Below the pieces are notes generated by a model that searched no databases, was not told the DNA's origin, and saw only the letters and a list, made by a program, of their open reading frames with translations. From assembly GCF_018350175.1 (NCBI RefSeq), contig NC_058382.1:49602001-49666000 (forward strand): a stretch of DNA of 64,000 bases, in the 5' to 3' direction. This document shows positions 51,285-64,000 of this stretch, piece by piece. Source of the DNA: Felis catus. Its lineage: Eukaryota. Numbering within the stretch: the stretch's first letter is position 1; the number at the start of each line of letters is the position of its first letter. The position numbers and the translations under genes are program-made.

Positions 51285-53935
51285 CGCGCGCGCACGTGAC
51301 CAAGAGAGGGACTGTGTGTGTGTCTGTGAGTGAGTGTGAGCATACAGGGGGATAGACTATGGCCTGTCCTCAGGCTCACCAGCCAGGCACTGCTCCCTGC
51401 CACCTCCCCACAGGACAGGTGTTTCCCTGGCAGGGCTCTGTTCCTCTCCCTAAAGCACCTTAGGAGCGGCCCATCTCTGGCCGGGCAGCTGAAGGAGCAG
51501 GGAGGGCAGGAAGTGGGAGCCAGTGACCCAGGGTTCCCTGGTGGCCAATGTCCATGGAGCTCCACCCTCAGCTGGCCAGCCTGACCTCTGGCCAGGTCTC
51601 CTGGCTACCAAGCTGCACCCTGTGGGCAGGGGCAGGGTGACGCTGCCTACTGACTACTGCCCAGCTAGAACGGGCAGGGCTCCCACCTCAGCCCTGGACA
51701 CGCTTTGAGGACAGAGGCTCAGTACCATGAGGGGAGCGCCCACTCAGCCACCGTCTCCCCAGACACAGGTGGCTCTAGAGTAGACGTGGCACAAACACGA
51801 GGCCTGGTCTGGGTCTCGGGGAGCTGATTCTCAGAGTCCAGCGGCTTCTCCTAAGGGCTTCCGGGGCACACTGCCTGCCGCGGTCTCCCTCTGCAGAGGG
51901 GTGAGCCGGGCAGCTGGGGCTGGGCTGGCTGCGGGAGCCCTCCCTGCTGGCAGGGGTGGGTTTCTCAAGGTCCTCCTGAGCGAGCTGTGAGGGAAGAACA
52001 GCATGGAGGAGACAGAGAGTGCCGGGTGCCACAACTCTGTCCTCAACAATATGGGGGAGGCCTCCTCTGCTTCTGGGCCTTGGAAATTTCACTCCCCGAA
52101 TCTTCAAGGGACTTGGACACGGAAGGACACAGGCCACAGGGGAGAAGAGGCTGCTCCTGACTCAGCCCAGAGCAGCCAGTGGGGCAGAGCCTCCTCCTTC
52201 GCACAGGTGGACGGACTTGGGGGTGGGGCGTGCGGGCAGGCCTGTGTAGAGCCGAGGGTGCCGCCCTCAGGGCCCTGTCCCTCAACCCCGCATCCCCTGG
52301 CAACAGCGTGCAAGGTGACCTCTGAGAGACCCTACTCTGGCAACGCCCCCGGTAGTGTCCTCCCCACTGTCCGAGCATCACGAACAGGTCCCTCTGCTGC
52401 CCGCCAACGTGCCGCAGGAGAGAAGGGGCCGGGCACCCGTGGAGCCAGGAATGCCAGATGCGCTCCATGCTCACCCAGGGGGCTGACACGCACACCCAGG
52501 GGGCTCGTGGGAGCCCCAGGCACAAGGAGGCTGGCCTCTCCCCTTGGTCCTCCCCCTTGCCCTGCTGGCTGCGATGCAGACACACTGGATGGAGCTGACG
52601 CGGCAACCATCCTGGCCCATGAGATGCCAAGCCCCGTGTCGAGGATGGTGGAACAAGATGGACTGAGGTGTGGCCCCTGATACCCACGGAGGTGCTGTCA
52701 GCCTGACACCGCTCACATCCAAACCACGGCATACGACAAAGTCTCGTATCCAATCGACTCCTGTGCGCTTTCAGCCACTCTCGCGTAACAGTTTTACTGA
52801 GCGCCCCCAACACCCCTCCCTCTCCTGGGTGTCCCCCACCCCCACCGGGCCCTGTCCCCTGAACTCTGTGGGCTGAATGATGTCACTAGAACATGCAGTG
52901 AGCAGGACACTTCTACTCAAAACCCTTCACCCTCAGGCAGGTATCTGGTTCCTCAGGAGCACCACACCCCTGGCGGTTGGTCCCCAGCCTACTGCTCGGG
53001 CTTCACCTGCCACGTCCTGCCTGCCCACCCTTTCCAGACTTCCAGGCCTTCGACAGGCCGCATCCTTTGCTGGTGACACCCTCCCAATGGGGTTTGTCCA
53101 CTGAAGGCTACCTCATGATTCAAGGCCAGCTTGGATGTCTTCTCTGTGGGTTACCTGTTCACCTTCAGTAGACGGATGAACACATTCCCCAAACACTCAC
53201 CTCCCATCTTGGCCCCAGACGAAACGTGCAGCTGGAGCCCTAGAGACGCCAAGGGTACTCAGTTGGGGCCAGAAACCAGGGCCTGGGCAAAACTTGCCAG
53301 GGGGGTTGACAGGGCAGCCTTACCTTTGCCGGTGGCTTCGTCCCCTCCCAGCTGCGTGCATCCATGGATGGGGGCACCTGGTAGATGTCATGTCCTATGC
53401 CAGCAGAAGGTGGCACCTGGTAAATATCCTGGGCGGGGCTGCCAGGCCCTGGGGGCACCTGGTAAAGGTCTGGAGCTGGGCTGGGAAAAGGGTGATGGGG
53501 CATCTGCTTTGAGAACATAGATGTCTGTTTGGCTGGGGGAGACTGGAACTGTGGGCTGGGTCCAGGGGCTTGGTAGAGGCCTTGCTGAGTCTTGCTGGGG
53601 GTGGGCACCAGGTACACGCTATCGGGCTGGGGCTGGTATGTGGCAGGCAGCATGGGCGTGTACTGGGCAGCCGGGGCGTGGGGGCCAGGCTGGGGCTGGG
53701 CCGAGGTGGCAGGTGGGCCAGGCCCGGGCCCTGCTGGCTTCTTGTCGTGCATGCCCACCAGGATCTTAAGGCGGTTCCCGGGCACAATGCCTTGGCGCCC
53801 ATGCAGCGAGCAGAGCCACCAGCCATCCAGGCCCTGTGTGTCCCGTTCCAGCACCGTCATGATGTCACCCTTGCGGAAGGAGAGCTCATCCGGGGACTCG
53901 GCCACGTTGTCATAGAGGGCTTTGGCCAGCACGTT
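40127..53935 (-). CDS. BCAR1: BCAR1 / p130Cas scaffold protein, coding exons 2-7 (5' partial)
   Basis: Exons 53935-53324 (SH3, NVLAKALYDNVAESPDELSFRKGD), 47586-47425, 47253-47137, 45963-44866 (YDxP repeats, serine-rich bundle, RPLPSPP, YDYVHL), 43930-43841, 40639-40127 (C-terminal Cas domain ending QLAAA*). All phase-0 GT-AG junctions, 863 codons plus stop. First coding exon not identified in the window. Confidence 0.97.
40982..41048. repeat. (CA)n microsatellite
   Basis: Directly visible, interrupted once by ttaa. Confidence 0.95.
41751..42108 (-). mobile_element. Tigger2a/MER28-like DNA transposon fossil
   Basis: Right end gtggatccatgcagttcaaacccgtgttgtgcaagactcaactg is the reverse complement of the recalled Tigger2 terminus; internal ctaatagcctactgttgactggaagc motif. 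Confidence 0.7.
43000..43135 (-). mobile_element. MIR fragment
   Basis: tactgagtac…ccaggcact…cccacttcacagctggagaaactgtggct resembles the MIR core. Confidence 0.6.
46090..46280 (+). mobile_element. MIR
   Basis: gagccagacctgagttcaaaatcctggctccactgcttactagctgtg…ttgtgaggatta. Confidence 0.7.
46302..46462. repeat. (CAC/CAT)n low-complexity trinucleotide tract
   Basis: Directly visible; intronic to BCAR1. Confidence 0.9.
46515..46868 (+). mobile_element. MER81-like hAT fossil split by a CanSINE (46617-46830)
   Basis: ggacagtcctggtttatgcc…ccccctttcactcttagaagtgtc then …aataaattctgtggtcacc; the SINE is flanked by AAGTGTCTTGCTTT duplication. Confidence 0.7.
51226..51298. repeat. Compound (GT)n(AG)n(CG)n microsatellite
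   Basis: Directly visible. Confidence 0.95.
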
Positions 53936-54239
53936 CTGGGGAGAGAGGAAGCAGGTGTGCGTGAGGATGTGCATCAGGGGCTCCGTGGCAGAGAGGGCTC
54001 TGCCCACCCCACCCCCCACCAGCAGAGAGGCCCAGCTGATGCTGGCATTTTCCAAATAAGCCTCAAAATCCTCTCGACTGCAGCCACCACCTTCACTCCA
54101 GGGAAGCCACTCCCTAAGTCACATGACAACACTGGGAGAAGAGTAATAATGCAAATAATGGTCACCACGTTCTGGGCAGAAAACAGGATACAAACCCTCC
54201 CTGCTCCAACCCAACAGTCCTGCTGTCCTGCCAGAGCAA

Positions 54240-55350
54240 TCAGCCAAGAGGAAAAAAAACGAGAGAGAGGGGAGGGACACACAGGGACAAAACGGTCACC
54301 ATCCGCAGACCATATGATCATCTACGTCATAATTCCAACAAATTAGAATCAGTAACTGATGAGAAAGAAATATAGAAAAGACATCGCACGACAACAACAA
54401 AAAGCTACTAGTTATCCCGGAATTAATCAAGCAAAGACAGCAGGAGACCTCAGGGGAAAAAATGTGTACTTTCTGCCAAAAGGCTCAAGGAAAAACCTGA
54501 ATAAAGGGGAAAACACACCAAGTTCACGGTGGGATGACTAAGCACTATAAAAGGCCAATTTGCCCAAGCTTACTTAATAAGTTACAATTGTAACAAAAAT
54601 GCCAGGAGGATTTTTTTTTTTTTTTTTTAAGGAATTTGATCAAAGGAGGAGAATCCTTTTAGAATTAAATGGAGGAACAGAGGTCCACAATAAGCAGGTC
54701 AGTTCTGAAAATGAGATGCAAATGGGCACTGCACTTTCCTTTCAAGCTGTGAGGATGTGCCACAACTCCGCATCAGCGAGCTGGCACGGGGCCGACGCAC
54801 CAGGACAGGGCCCGGAGACAGCCCCATGCTTGGGGAACCCGTGGGACGCTGCAGGTGGTACCACACAGCCATGGGAAGGACAAGACCGCTTCACAGGTGC
54901 TATGAGAACTCACTCACCGTAGGAAGAAAAATCAGTCCACACACTTGCCTTGTGTTATAAACAAAGGACATTTAAAGACCCAAGTGTCAAAGATACAACT
55001 CTAGCTCTAATAAAAGAAAAAATCGGGGAGAATATCTTTGTGACCTAGAAATGGGAAAAATTATGAAATACAACTCTAGAAACAAAGATCCCCAAAGCAC
55101 AAAACATAAGGTAACAACAACAATGACACACGGATGGACTCAACCTCACCAAAGTGAATGGTTTCTACTGCCTGGGGGAGAACCCAAAACTGACAGGGTA
55201 ACAGATCACCAATGACAAGAGAGGGATCAACCTAGAATCTGGAGGCGTTTCTCCAAATCAGCAAGGCAAAGATAAGAACACCAACAGAAAACCAACAAAA
55301 TGAAAACAGCAGGTTCTCTGAAGGGGAAAAGGAATGGCCAAGACCACTAC
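54240..55350 (+). mobile_element. Highly decayed LINE-1 ORF2 fragment, antisense to BCAR1
   Basis: A-rich plus strand with L1-like motifs (ggagaatatctttgtgacct, aaagcacaaaacataa). Confidence 0.55.
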
Positions 55351-56486
55351 GAAGGATGCTCAGGGTCCAACCAGCACAGCGAGACATCTCTGCGATTCTG
55401 CTCTGTGCGCCCGCAGGTGTCTAGGTATCTGGTAAGGAAGGTCAACCACGCCCTCCTGAGTCAAAATAACAGGCAGATCTATGGCCCAGAATCGTTTATG
55501 TACATGTAATAAATGTCTACAAAACAACTCTATGTTATTTTCCAGACGTTTACCCAGGGATAGACTCTAGACACGTTACATTAGCATGGATGCTTCTGAA
55601 AAAGGGACAGACATCAGGAATGAGGAAATTACAGCAAAATAAGAAAGGGGTCTCAAAAGACAGTGACCACAGAAGAGCAATACCCTCCACCAGCCCCACA
55701 TCTTACCCTGTAATTCTCCTGGTAACCCTCCCGGCCACCCCGGAAGCACGCACGACTACAGGGCTCCATTAATTAGCAACCCTCCTCCCCCTCCACCGCA
55801 GAGCAGGGCCATGAGCTCCACATGGCCCTGGCACAGAAAGGCCCTGCTGCCAAGCAGCCTGTGTGGGACGTGGGAAAGGCCTTGGGGAGACTGGGATAGA
55901 GGCAGGAGGACCACAGCACGGCACAGCCCAAGCTAGCAGGCCCGAGCATCACCCGGGATAAAGAACCGGGACCGGGGAGGCCCCCATGTCCTCGGTCTTC
56001 GGGCTCTGCTGCGCTACTCCCTTTGTGCAGGTGCCAGGCTCGGGTCAGGCCCAGAGATACCATAGAGGGTTCCCAGCAGAGGGAAGAGCAAAGGAGGTGC
56101 CTGGGTGAGAGGAGACCAGGGCTGCTCTGGCGTCCCAGGGAGGGGAGGAACAGGGATCAGCTGGGAGCCCATTTCTCCAGAGCAACTCAGAGCCTCCAGA
56201 CCCAGACAAAGCCAGAAGCTGGAAAGTTGGGAACCAAGAGAGGCTGGATCAGGGGAGAACCCAGCCCAGGGGGGCAGCTCATGGACAGCACGGAAGAGAG
56301 ATTTCACCCCAGTAACAAGGTGAGCACTGAGGCAAAGGCCTTCGAAACTTCTGGCTACTTCAACACTGCCCATGTCATGACTATAATGATTAAATATGCA
56401 CTGAAGCATAAATCATCCTCAATAAAATGTCACTTGAACTTTTAAAAAATGGGGAGAGGGTAAGATGAACAGTGTAAATGTTTGAG

Positions 56487-56945
56487 GGGCGCCTGGGTAG
56501 CTCAGTCGGTTAAGAGTCCAACTTTGGCTCAGGTCATGATCTCGCTCACAGTCCATGAGTTCGAGCCCCGCGTCAGGCTATGTGCTGACAGCTCAGAGCC
56601 TGGATACTGCTTCGGATTCTGTGTCTTCCTCTTTCTCTGCCTCTCCCCGATTTGCACTCTGTGTCTCTCTGCCTCTCTCAAAAAATAAATAAACATTAAA
56701 AAATTAAGAAAAAACAGGGGCGCCTGGGTGGCTCAGTCAGTTAAGCATCCGACTTCCGCTCAGGTCATGGTCTCACAGTTTGTGGGTTCAAGCCCCGCGT
56801 CCGGCTCCGTGCTGACAGTTCAGAGCCTGGAGCCTGCTTCAGATTCTGTATCTCTTCCTCTCTCTGCCCCTCCCATGCTCATGTTCTATCTCTCACTGTT
56901 TCTCAATAATAAATAAATGTTTAAAAAAAAAATTAAAAAAAATAA
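56487..56945 (+). mobile_element. Two tandem CanSINEs
   Basis: Heads at ~56487 and ~56717; ACAGTGTAAATGTTT flanks the pair (~56469 and ~56999). Confidence 0.88.
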
Positions 56946-59900
56946 ATAAGTAAAAATAAAAAATTAAGAGAAAACAAAAGAAAAAACTTTATAAAAGTAC
57001 AGTGTAAATGTTTCAGACAACGGGGTGCTCTCTCTTCCTGTTTTTGAGAATTTCTCAGTTTGTATTCAACAAGGCTTGGGGGTTGAAGAAAAAAAAACAC
57101 ATCCTGAAAAAGAACAGTGGACCACCTCCTAGGCCTCAAGTCAGGATGGGACAGAGGAGGCCCAAGCAGGTCCAGAGGCCACAGCCCCAGGAGGAGCAGA
57201 CAGGGGCAGGGGCTGTCCTGCAGCCCATGGGGGCCCATGGGCCCCATCTCCCAGCTGCCTGCAAGAAAAGCAAGTTTCCCAAATATGGTCTGCAGCCTGC
57301 CTCAGGGAATCACATCCCGTCAGGGGGCGGGACACTCGGCCCACCCTCCCCCTGTGACCCCAGAACACAGAGCCACCCCAGTGGGTCCCCCCCAGCCCCT
57401 GCCCTGGTGACCACAGGAAGTGCCAGCAGAGTGAGTCACGGGAAAATTCCCCTCTAGCCCAGTCAGAGGGGGCGGGGTACAGACAGAGGGGACTGCCCCT
57501 CTGAGGCCCCTCACCTCTCAGGAGGACAGCCCAAGGAAGGCTGGCAGAGGGGCCTCCACCAGGCCCTGCCAGGCAGTGCTGGGTGCTCCGGGAAACTGGA
57601 AGGCTCTAAAGAGGGCAAGGTCCGGGGGGGGGGGGGAGAGTGATAGAGGGGGAGGGTCTGCCCCAGCCCAGGACAGCTTGTGGGGCCTCCTGCACCCAGG
57701 GTGGCCAGCCCCCACCCCCTTGGCGTGAGCTCACTGAGCAGTCAAGGCCAACAACGACTGCAACTGTATAGTCTGGGGCGGCTGGAGCCAGGCTGGGAAG
57801 CACCTCTTGGGCTGGGCACGTGGCACAGGGTGCCTGGCACCAGGAGCGCCTCTGCCTGCATCAGCTGGTGCCCCCACCCACAGTCCCAGGAGCAGCCTCT
57901 CCACAGCCTGTTCCTGAGTCCTAGGCACCGCTGGCACTGGGCACTCCAGCTGGCCGAGCACCCTAGCTTTGGGCCTCCGAGCCTCCCCAGCTGCTCCCGA
58001 GACATGTTCCTCCTTGCTTCTCCTTCCTTCTTCCAAGTCAAGCAACTAAAACCAGACCTGGGTCTGGTTCTCCCTCTACTGCTGGGTGACCCTGGGTAAG
58101 TCTCCTAGCCTCTGAGAATCCAGATCCCCTGTGCTAAGGCCACAGGCCTGGTTTCACAGGACTGTTCTTTTGTTTAACAAAAGATTTGCCAGGCTCCTGC
58201 TCTCTGTCAGGTGTTGGGCCAGGCTCTGCAAGATGGTGCAGGTCTAGCTTGACCAGGGCCCTATCTGCATGGGACTTACATTCCAATGGAGCAAACACCC
58301 AACAATTTGTTAGGGCAGGGGGGACAACTGCAATGCCAAAAATAATGCGGGACAGAGCCACTGCATATAGAGTGGTCAAAGATGACCTCCCCATGGAGGT
58401 GATCCTTCAGATGATTCATGAAGAATGAAAAACAGACAACCATGACACCAGCCAGGGAAGAGCATACTGGCAGAGGATGGGCATGAGCCGGGGCACTGGA
58501 GGAGGAAGAGGCTGGAGGGAGACAGGGCTGCGGCCCTGGAGTGGCAGGCAGGCCGGAGCCCGTCTCACTGCAGGATGCCTTGGGACAATGCATGAGACCT
58601 CAGTAGATGTCATCCAATGGTGGCACCTCATGGCAGGTAAACCGGGCCAGGGCAAAGCCTACAGCATCTGAGCATATCTACTCCGGACACACTCCTCAAG
58701 ACCCAGAGTCTTGCCCCAGCACGGAAGAGGGGCCAGCGCCCCCAGAATCTAGCTTTCCAGCCTCCCTCACTGCTGCGCCAATCAGGGCCTTCCCATCCAT
58801 CTCATAAGGGGGGCACAGCTATGACGTCTAGAGGGGCGCGCTGCCAGGGCGCCATCACAGTCCACGCAGACACTGCCAGCCACGTGTTTCCAGGGGACCA
58901 TAGAGAGTGCTGGCGGACTTGCCCCAAGCCTCTGGCCAACCTCATTCCTGACTCTAGGAAACCCTGGGCTGTGTTCTACTCCACAACAGGATTTGGGTGG
59001 CACTCCTCCAGGAAGGTTCCATGCCCCTCTTTGAGCACACGCTCCCCAGTGCCTCCAACTCAAAGTGCTGACCCAAGCATCTCATTACTGCCTACTTTGT
59101 GCCCTCTGACCCAGATGCTCAGGAGAGGACAGGGCAGGGGGTGGGGTCCTTCAGTATGGAACCCTCAGGCACACGTGCACAGAGCCTGGCCCTGAATGAG
59201 CGGGTTTAGGCAGAGCCCCCCCTTACAGAAGGTGGTATCCAAGCCTCCCTGGTAGCGGTGTGGCCATGCCTGAGGAAGCCAGGAAGACAACGTGGGGCTC
59301 ACTCACCCCAGAAGGAGGGGAAAGGAGAACCTCTAGCTCAACGCCGACACCGCCAGGCCCCGTTCAGAACAACACCCTGGTTGTCGCACATGGGGGCTAA
59401 CAGGGCTGCCCCACAGGCCCCGCCTGACTCTGAGAATAGCCCTCATTGTGTCCCAGGGCCCTGTGGGCACCAGACCCACCAAGCCCAGGGGTGCCCTCAG
59501 ACATGGAGTAGCTGGGCCTTGGCCACAGGGGGGCACATGTCTGGAGGACTGCAGCCATCTGACGCCTATGTGGGTCTCTCCACTGGCTTCGCCTGCTGCC
59601 TTGGGGAGCCTTGGATGTGCTCTGCGTATCCCTAAACCCTGACTCTGCAGGAAGGCATGACCTGGTAGCTGGAACTGGTGAGGAGACACCAGGCTGATGG
59701 GGACATGACGGACAGGTTCACAGCACTACGGTCACAGCAGTAACGACGAACTCTGTCAGGAGCAGGCTCCTTTGCGTACTTCAGTCATCCCTTTTAACCT
59801 TACGAGAGACTGATTACCTCCATCTTGCAGACAAGGAAACTGAGGTACAGAACAGTTACCCGACTTGCTAGGGACAGAGTCAGGAAGCAGCAGAGGCAGA

Positions 59901-61596
59901 CCTGGGCTCTACGATAAAGCAGAGCTGGAAGGCTCCAGGTTGATGCTTAGGTCCCTGGAAGCCAAGAGCGGAAATCTGACAGGCCTCTTCCCGAAACTCC
60001 CCCGTCCCTCAGCACCAACGCGCGCGTGCACAAGCACACACACACACACCCCAGCTCCAAACATAGAGCCTCACACACAGTAGTCACTTGGGAAACACTA
60101 GCTCCCTTCATACTCAGAACCATCTCGTACTTGGGCCAAGATTATTTCTGGGGTATTCTGTTTGCTTGTCTCAAGGAGCCCCCAGTGGCTAATGGATATA
60201 GGTTCAATGCATGCGTGTCTGAATGGCAGTGTGCATCCACAACCCCTGCTCCCTGGTGCCTGGAGAATCCCCCTGGAAAGGCAGTAGCCAAAGGCCCCCT
60301 GGTAAGGGTCCTGACCATCCCCTCCCCCTGCCTCCCAGGCTCTAATGGCACCATAAGGGCAGAGTTCCTTCCCTTCCCAGACAGGCCCACACCCTCGTCC
60401 CTGGTGAAACTCCATCCCGGCCAGCCTTATTGTCACTCCCCTAATACACCCAGGGACAAGCGAGTAGCCAGGGTCTGGGCTCAAGTTCTCAGCGGTCGAC
60501 TGTCAAGGAGCAAGACTGTGGGCAACCCCTATTCCAGAGCCATCCCAAGAGGAGCACAGCTCCTGCCCTACCTACCTCAGGAGTGCCTGAGGCTCAGAGA
60601 ACAGAGCTGGGACTATATGTGGGTCCTCAGCCCCGTGTCTGATAGTCTGTACCTAGAAACTAGGTCTGTTGAATGAAGGACTAAAAATCCACCTGTGATG
60701 GCCACTGCCAGCAGCTCCTTCAAACAAACATGAGCCATGGCCCAGCCGGCAGATGCTTCTGTCTCCGGAGCCAGCTCTGGGCCAGGAGCAGGACCCTGCC
60801 CCCACCCTTGCCAGGGCATCCCAGGCACTGTCCCTGGGAGGCTGGGCACAGACGAAAAGGTGGCATGGGCAGGCCCTTTCTGCTGTAGGACATAACACCT
60901 GCAGCCCCTAACACACCACAGATGATGAGAACAAGCAAGCTGGAGTCAGAGCACCAAGATGGCAGGAAGGCAAAGCCCTCTATCCTGCAGTCCATTCCAA
61001 CCACTAACAGCTTGGGAATGGTCCTCAACCCCTTTAGAACCCTCACCACTGCCACCTAGCTCAGGGAACTGACCCAGGCTGCCAGAAGCCAGAGCTGCGC
61101 ACTTGACCACCCACTGCTCTCCTTCTCCATCGCTGGGGCCTTGCTGGTCCCCTCTTGGGATTCAGTCTCTTGAAGAGGGCTCAGCATGAGGCAGACCTTT
61201 ACTTCAGGGATAGCACCAGCCCCAGATACGTCATCACGGAGGGGAAAAGGCAGAAGGGACACCTCAGGGGGGATAGGAAGGACCTCACTCCTTTTAAGAC
61301 CCCACTTTCTCCACCTTGACATCTAAAGGCCCCTGTGGACTGCCACTGTCCAGCCCTAAATGATAACTTGCTGCAACCCTTAAAGCAGCAGCATCTGCCT
61401 GGGCAGGAATGGAGGGGAACACGAAGGCACAAAAAGGGGGGTTCTCTAACTCAAAAAAGAGTACCGAACCCCTGATTTCTGGGATGCACAGTAGAGATGA
61501 GGGTCTGAGATGGGGCCCTGCTTCCCTCTTTGAGCCGCTTCCACTCCAGGCCAGTACTTCACTCCACTCCTTACTCAGAAGTACAAGGGGGGCAGG

Positions 61597-62003
61597 GGGA
61601 CGGTGGCGCCTGCATGGGTCGGTTAAGCGTGGAACTTCAGCTCTGGTCACGATCTCACATCGCAGTTTGTGGGTTCGAGCCCCACGTCAGGCTCTGTGCT
61701 GACAGCTCAGAGCCTGAAGCCTGTTTCAGATTCTCTGTCTCCCCCTCTCTCTGCCCTTCCCCCACTCATGCTCATGTTCATGCTCTCTCTCAAAAATAAA
61801 CATTAAAAAAAAATTAAGAGGTGCCAGGGTAGAAAGCATCTGACTCTTGGTTTTGGCTCAGGTCATGATTTCACAGTTCATGAGTTTGAGCCCCAGCGTT
61901 GGGCTCTGTGCTGACAGCTCAGGGCCTGGAGCCTACTTGGATTCTGTGTCTCCCTCTCTCTGCCCCTCCTCTGCTTGCACTCTGTCTCTCTCTCTCTCTT
62001 CTC
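61597..62003 (+). mobile_element. Two tandem CanSINEs
   Basis: Bodies at ~61597-61812 and ~61820-62003. Confidence 0.8.
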
Positions 62004-62005
62004 GA

Positions 62006-62065
<60 letters not shown>

Positions 62066-62067
62066 AG
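62004..62067. repeat. (GAAA)n tetranucleotide microsatellite
   Basis: Directly visible; derived from a SINE tail. Confidence 0.95.
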
Positions 62068-64000
62068 TGCAAGGGAATTAGGGCAGCAAGACACTGGAGC
62101 CAGGGCCTCTCTCCAGGGCTAGAGGGCCCAGTCCTACCCCCTTCCTTGAAGGGAGACCACCCTTCAGCCCCTTGTTGAGGGGCCTTGAGGACCCAGGGGA
62201 AGAGGAGCTTGCCCAGTATCTGTGCTGGAGAATGATCCCTATCACCTCAACCCTACAACTCACTCACCAAGTGTGACTCCAACACTGCCCTTCACCCTTC
62301 CAGAAGCCTCCTGCGGGGCACAACTGGCCTCTGGTTCTGGCTGTCCCAATTAGCTACGGGCTCCTAGGAGGTGGGGAAGGGAGTTTTCCAGGCCCAAGAG
62401 AAAAGGGTGGTGGGATCTCCTAGAAGCACAATGGATGCCAGGAGGGACCACAGAAACACAGCCCCGGAGCCAGAAGGACCCCACCAAGTTGGTAGCCCCA
62501 GCACAGCACAACAGCACCCCAGGGACCAGAGCGCTCCTAATCAGGGAGGGGGTGTGGTGAAACACTTGTGGCACAGACCATGGGGCTGTACCAGGAGACA
62601 AAGTTCTGGATCCAATTCTGTGAGAACAAGTACCTGTTCCTCTCTGCCTCAGTCTCCCCATCTGTAGGACAACGGGGAGAGTAGCTGTCTTGGGGGCGTT
62701 TCCTGCTCAAGACGCCCTAGGGACGCTGCCCTTACTTCAAACCCTTCTCCGGGCCTGAGGGGATGGTGCCAGCAGCCCACAGCACTCACACCTGGCTCGT
62801 GCAAACTGTAATGGCCAGAGGCTCCAGCTCTCCTCCTGGAACCAAGGGTGACAGTCCCAGCAGCACCTGGGGCTGCCCTGCCCGGCTTCCACCGGTTCCC
62901 ACTGGGCTCCTTCCTTGCCCAGGGCAAGTGGGTAGAGGGTGCTGGTGCCAGGAGGGTTTGTCCCAGCACCCAGCACACACCTGCTCTTCTAGGCCAGTCG
63001 ACTCTTCCACCCTGGGACATCACATCATCAGCTCTCCACCGGGGAAAGGAAATGGGCACAGGAAGATGTGTCTCCCAGCCCAGAGGGATAAGGAACGTGT
63101 CCAAGCCTGGCTGAAATGGGCACAGAAGTCAACAGCAAACCTGGAGAGTGCCTCCCAGCCTAGACACTCAGGGGAGAGGTGAGGAAAAAGAAACTCCTGT
63201 CCTCAAGACCGATGAGTGGGCTGATGTCCCCAGTCTGGGATCCAAGACCTCAAAATCTCTCCAGGCACTAACCCACCCTCGGTCCTAGAGCACCCTAGCC
63301 CTCAGCAAATCGCAACTTCGAGTCCTCCAAAACCGCTCTGGGCTGTAGCTCTTGCAGCAGTGAGGGGCTGGGAGCCCTGGTTGCGGACACTCGAGTGGCA
63401 GCCCAGTCCCTCCACAAGCTCCACCCTCAAATGCTGGGACCCGGGGTCACGGTGCAGCCATGGACTCCCACCGCCATGATCCGGCTCCTACAGAAGTTTT
63501 TGCAATCCTGGTAGGTAAAGGCCTAGAAGAGCCTGCCCCCAGGCCTGGAATCCGGTGCTGGCAGGCTGGGGGTGAATCATTAACAAACCCAGGATTGGTG
63601 CCCCAGGCGCACCAACACCTCCTCAATCACCACGCACTTGTTCGCTCAACCCCTAGCCTGGGGGCGGGTAGGGGCTGCTCCCCACTCGAAAACAGAGATG
63701 GACCACCATCCCGCTTGCTGGAAATCCACGCCTCCTAGAAGTTCACGATCCAAGGAATCTCGGACCCCTCTTTGTAGCTGAGGAAACTGAGGCTCGGAGG
63801 CGTGTCACGCAGGCCCAAGGTCACCCAGCAGGCGGCGGCCGGCAGGGGGAGAACGGGACTCCCGCCAGCAACTTTCCCGGATCCAGGAACTTTCCTGCCG
63901 GCCAGCGGCCCCTGAGTCCCGCCCTTCTAACCGCCCCGTGGGCGCACAGGCTCTGGGATCTTCCGCAGTCCTTGCCTCCCGGCGTTCCCGCCACGGCGGG

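Noticed and set aside
53936..54055. Upstream in-frame extension of the BCAR1 SH3 ORF
   Set aside because: A polypyrimidine tract and CAG acceptor at 53936 indicate intron.

Overview
Mammalian genomic DNA, most likely a felid such as domestic cat (abundant carnivore tRNA-derived CanSINEs, including young SINEC_Fc-like copies), covering the chymotrypsinogen-BCAR1 locus. It holds three intact 7-exon chymotrypsinogen genes where human has two: a minus-strand B-type gene (16846-12266, CTRB2 position, Ala226), a plus-strand A-type gene (31395-34314, CTRB1 position, Gly226), and a third, divergent plus-strand paralogue (34828-38737) with a distinct signal peptide and remodelled substrate-binding loops. 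BCAR1 (p130Cas) coding exons 2-7 follow on the minus strand (53935-40127); its first exon was not located. The most striking structure is a ~1.3 kb near-identical inverted copy (12352-13638 vs 37354-38651) shared by gene 1 and gene 3. It ends at independent SINE insertions on one side and at the first divergent specificity-loop codon on the other. All three promoters share a YCAAGG-N6-GATAA module. The remainder is SINEs, L1 fragments, a decayed class III ERV, DNA transposon fossils, microsatellites and an orphan CpG island. All alignments and repeat-family calls were made by eye or from recalled consensus sequences, not computed.
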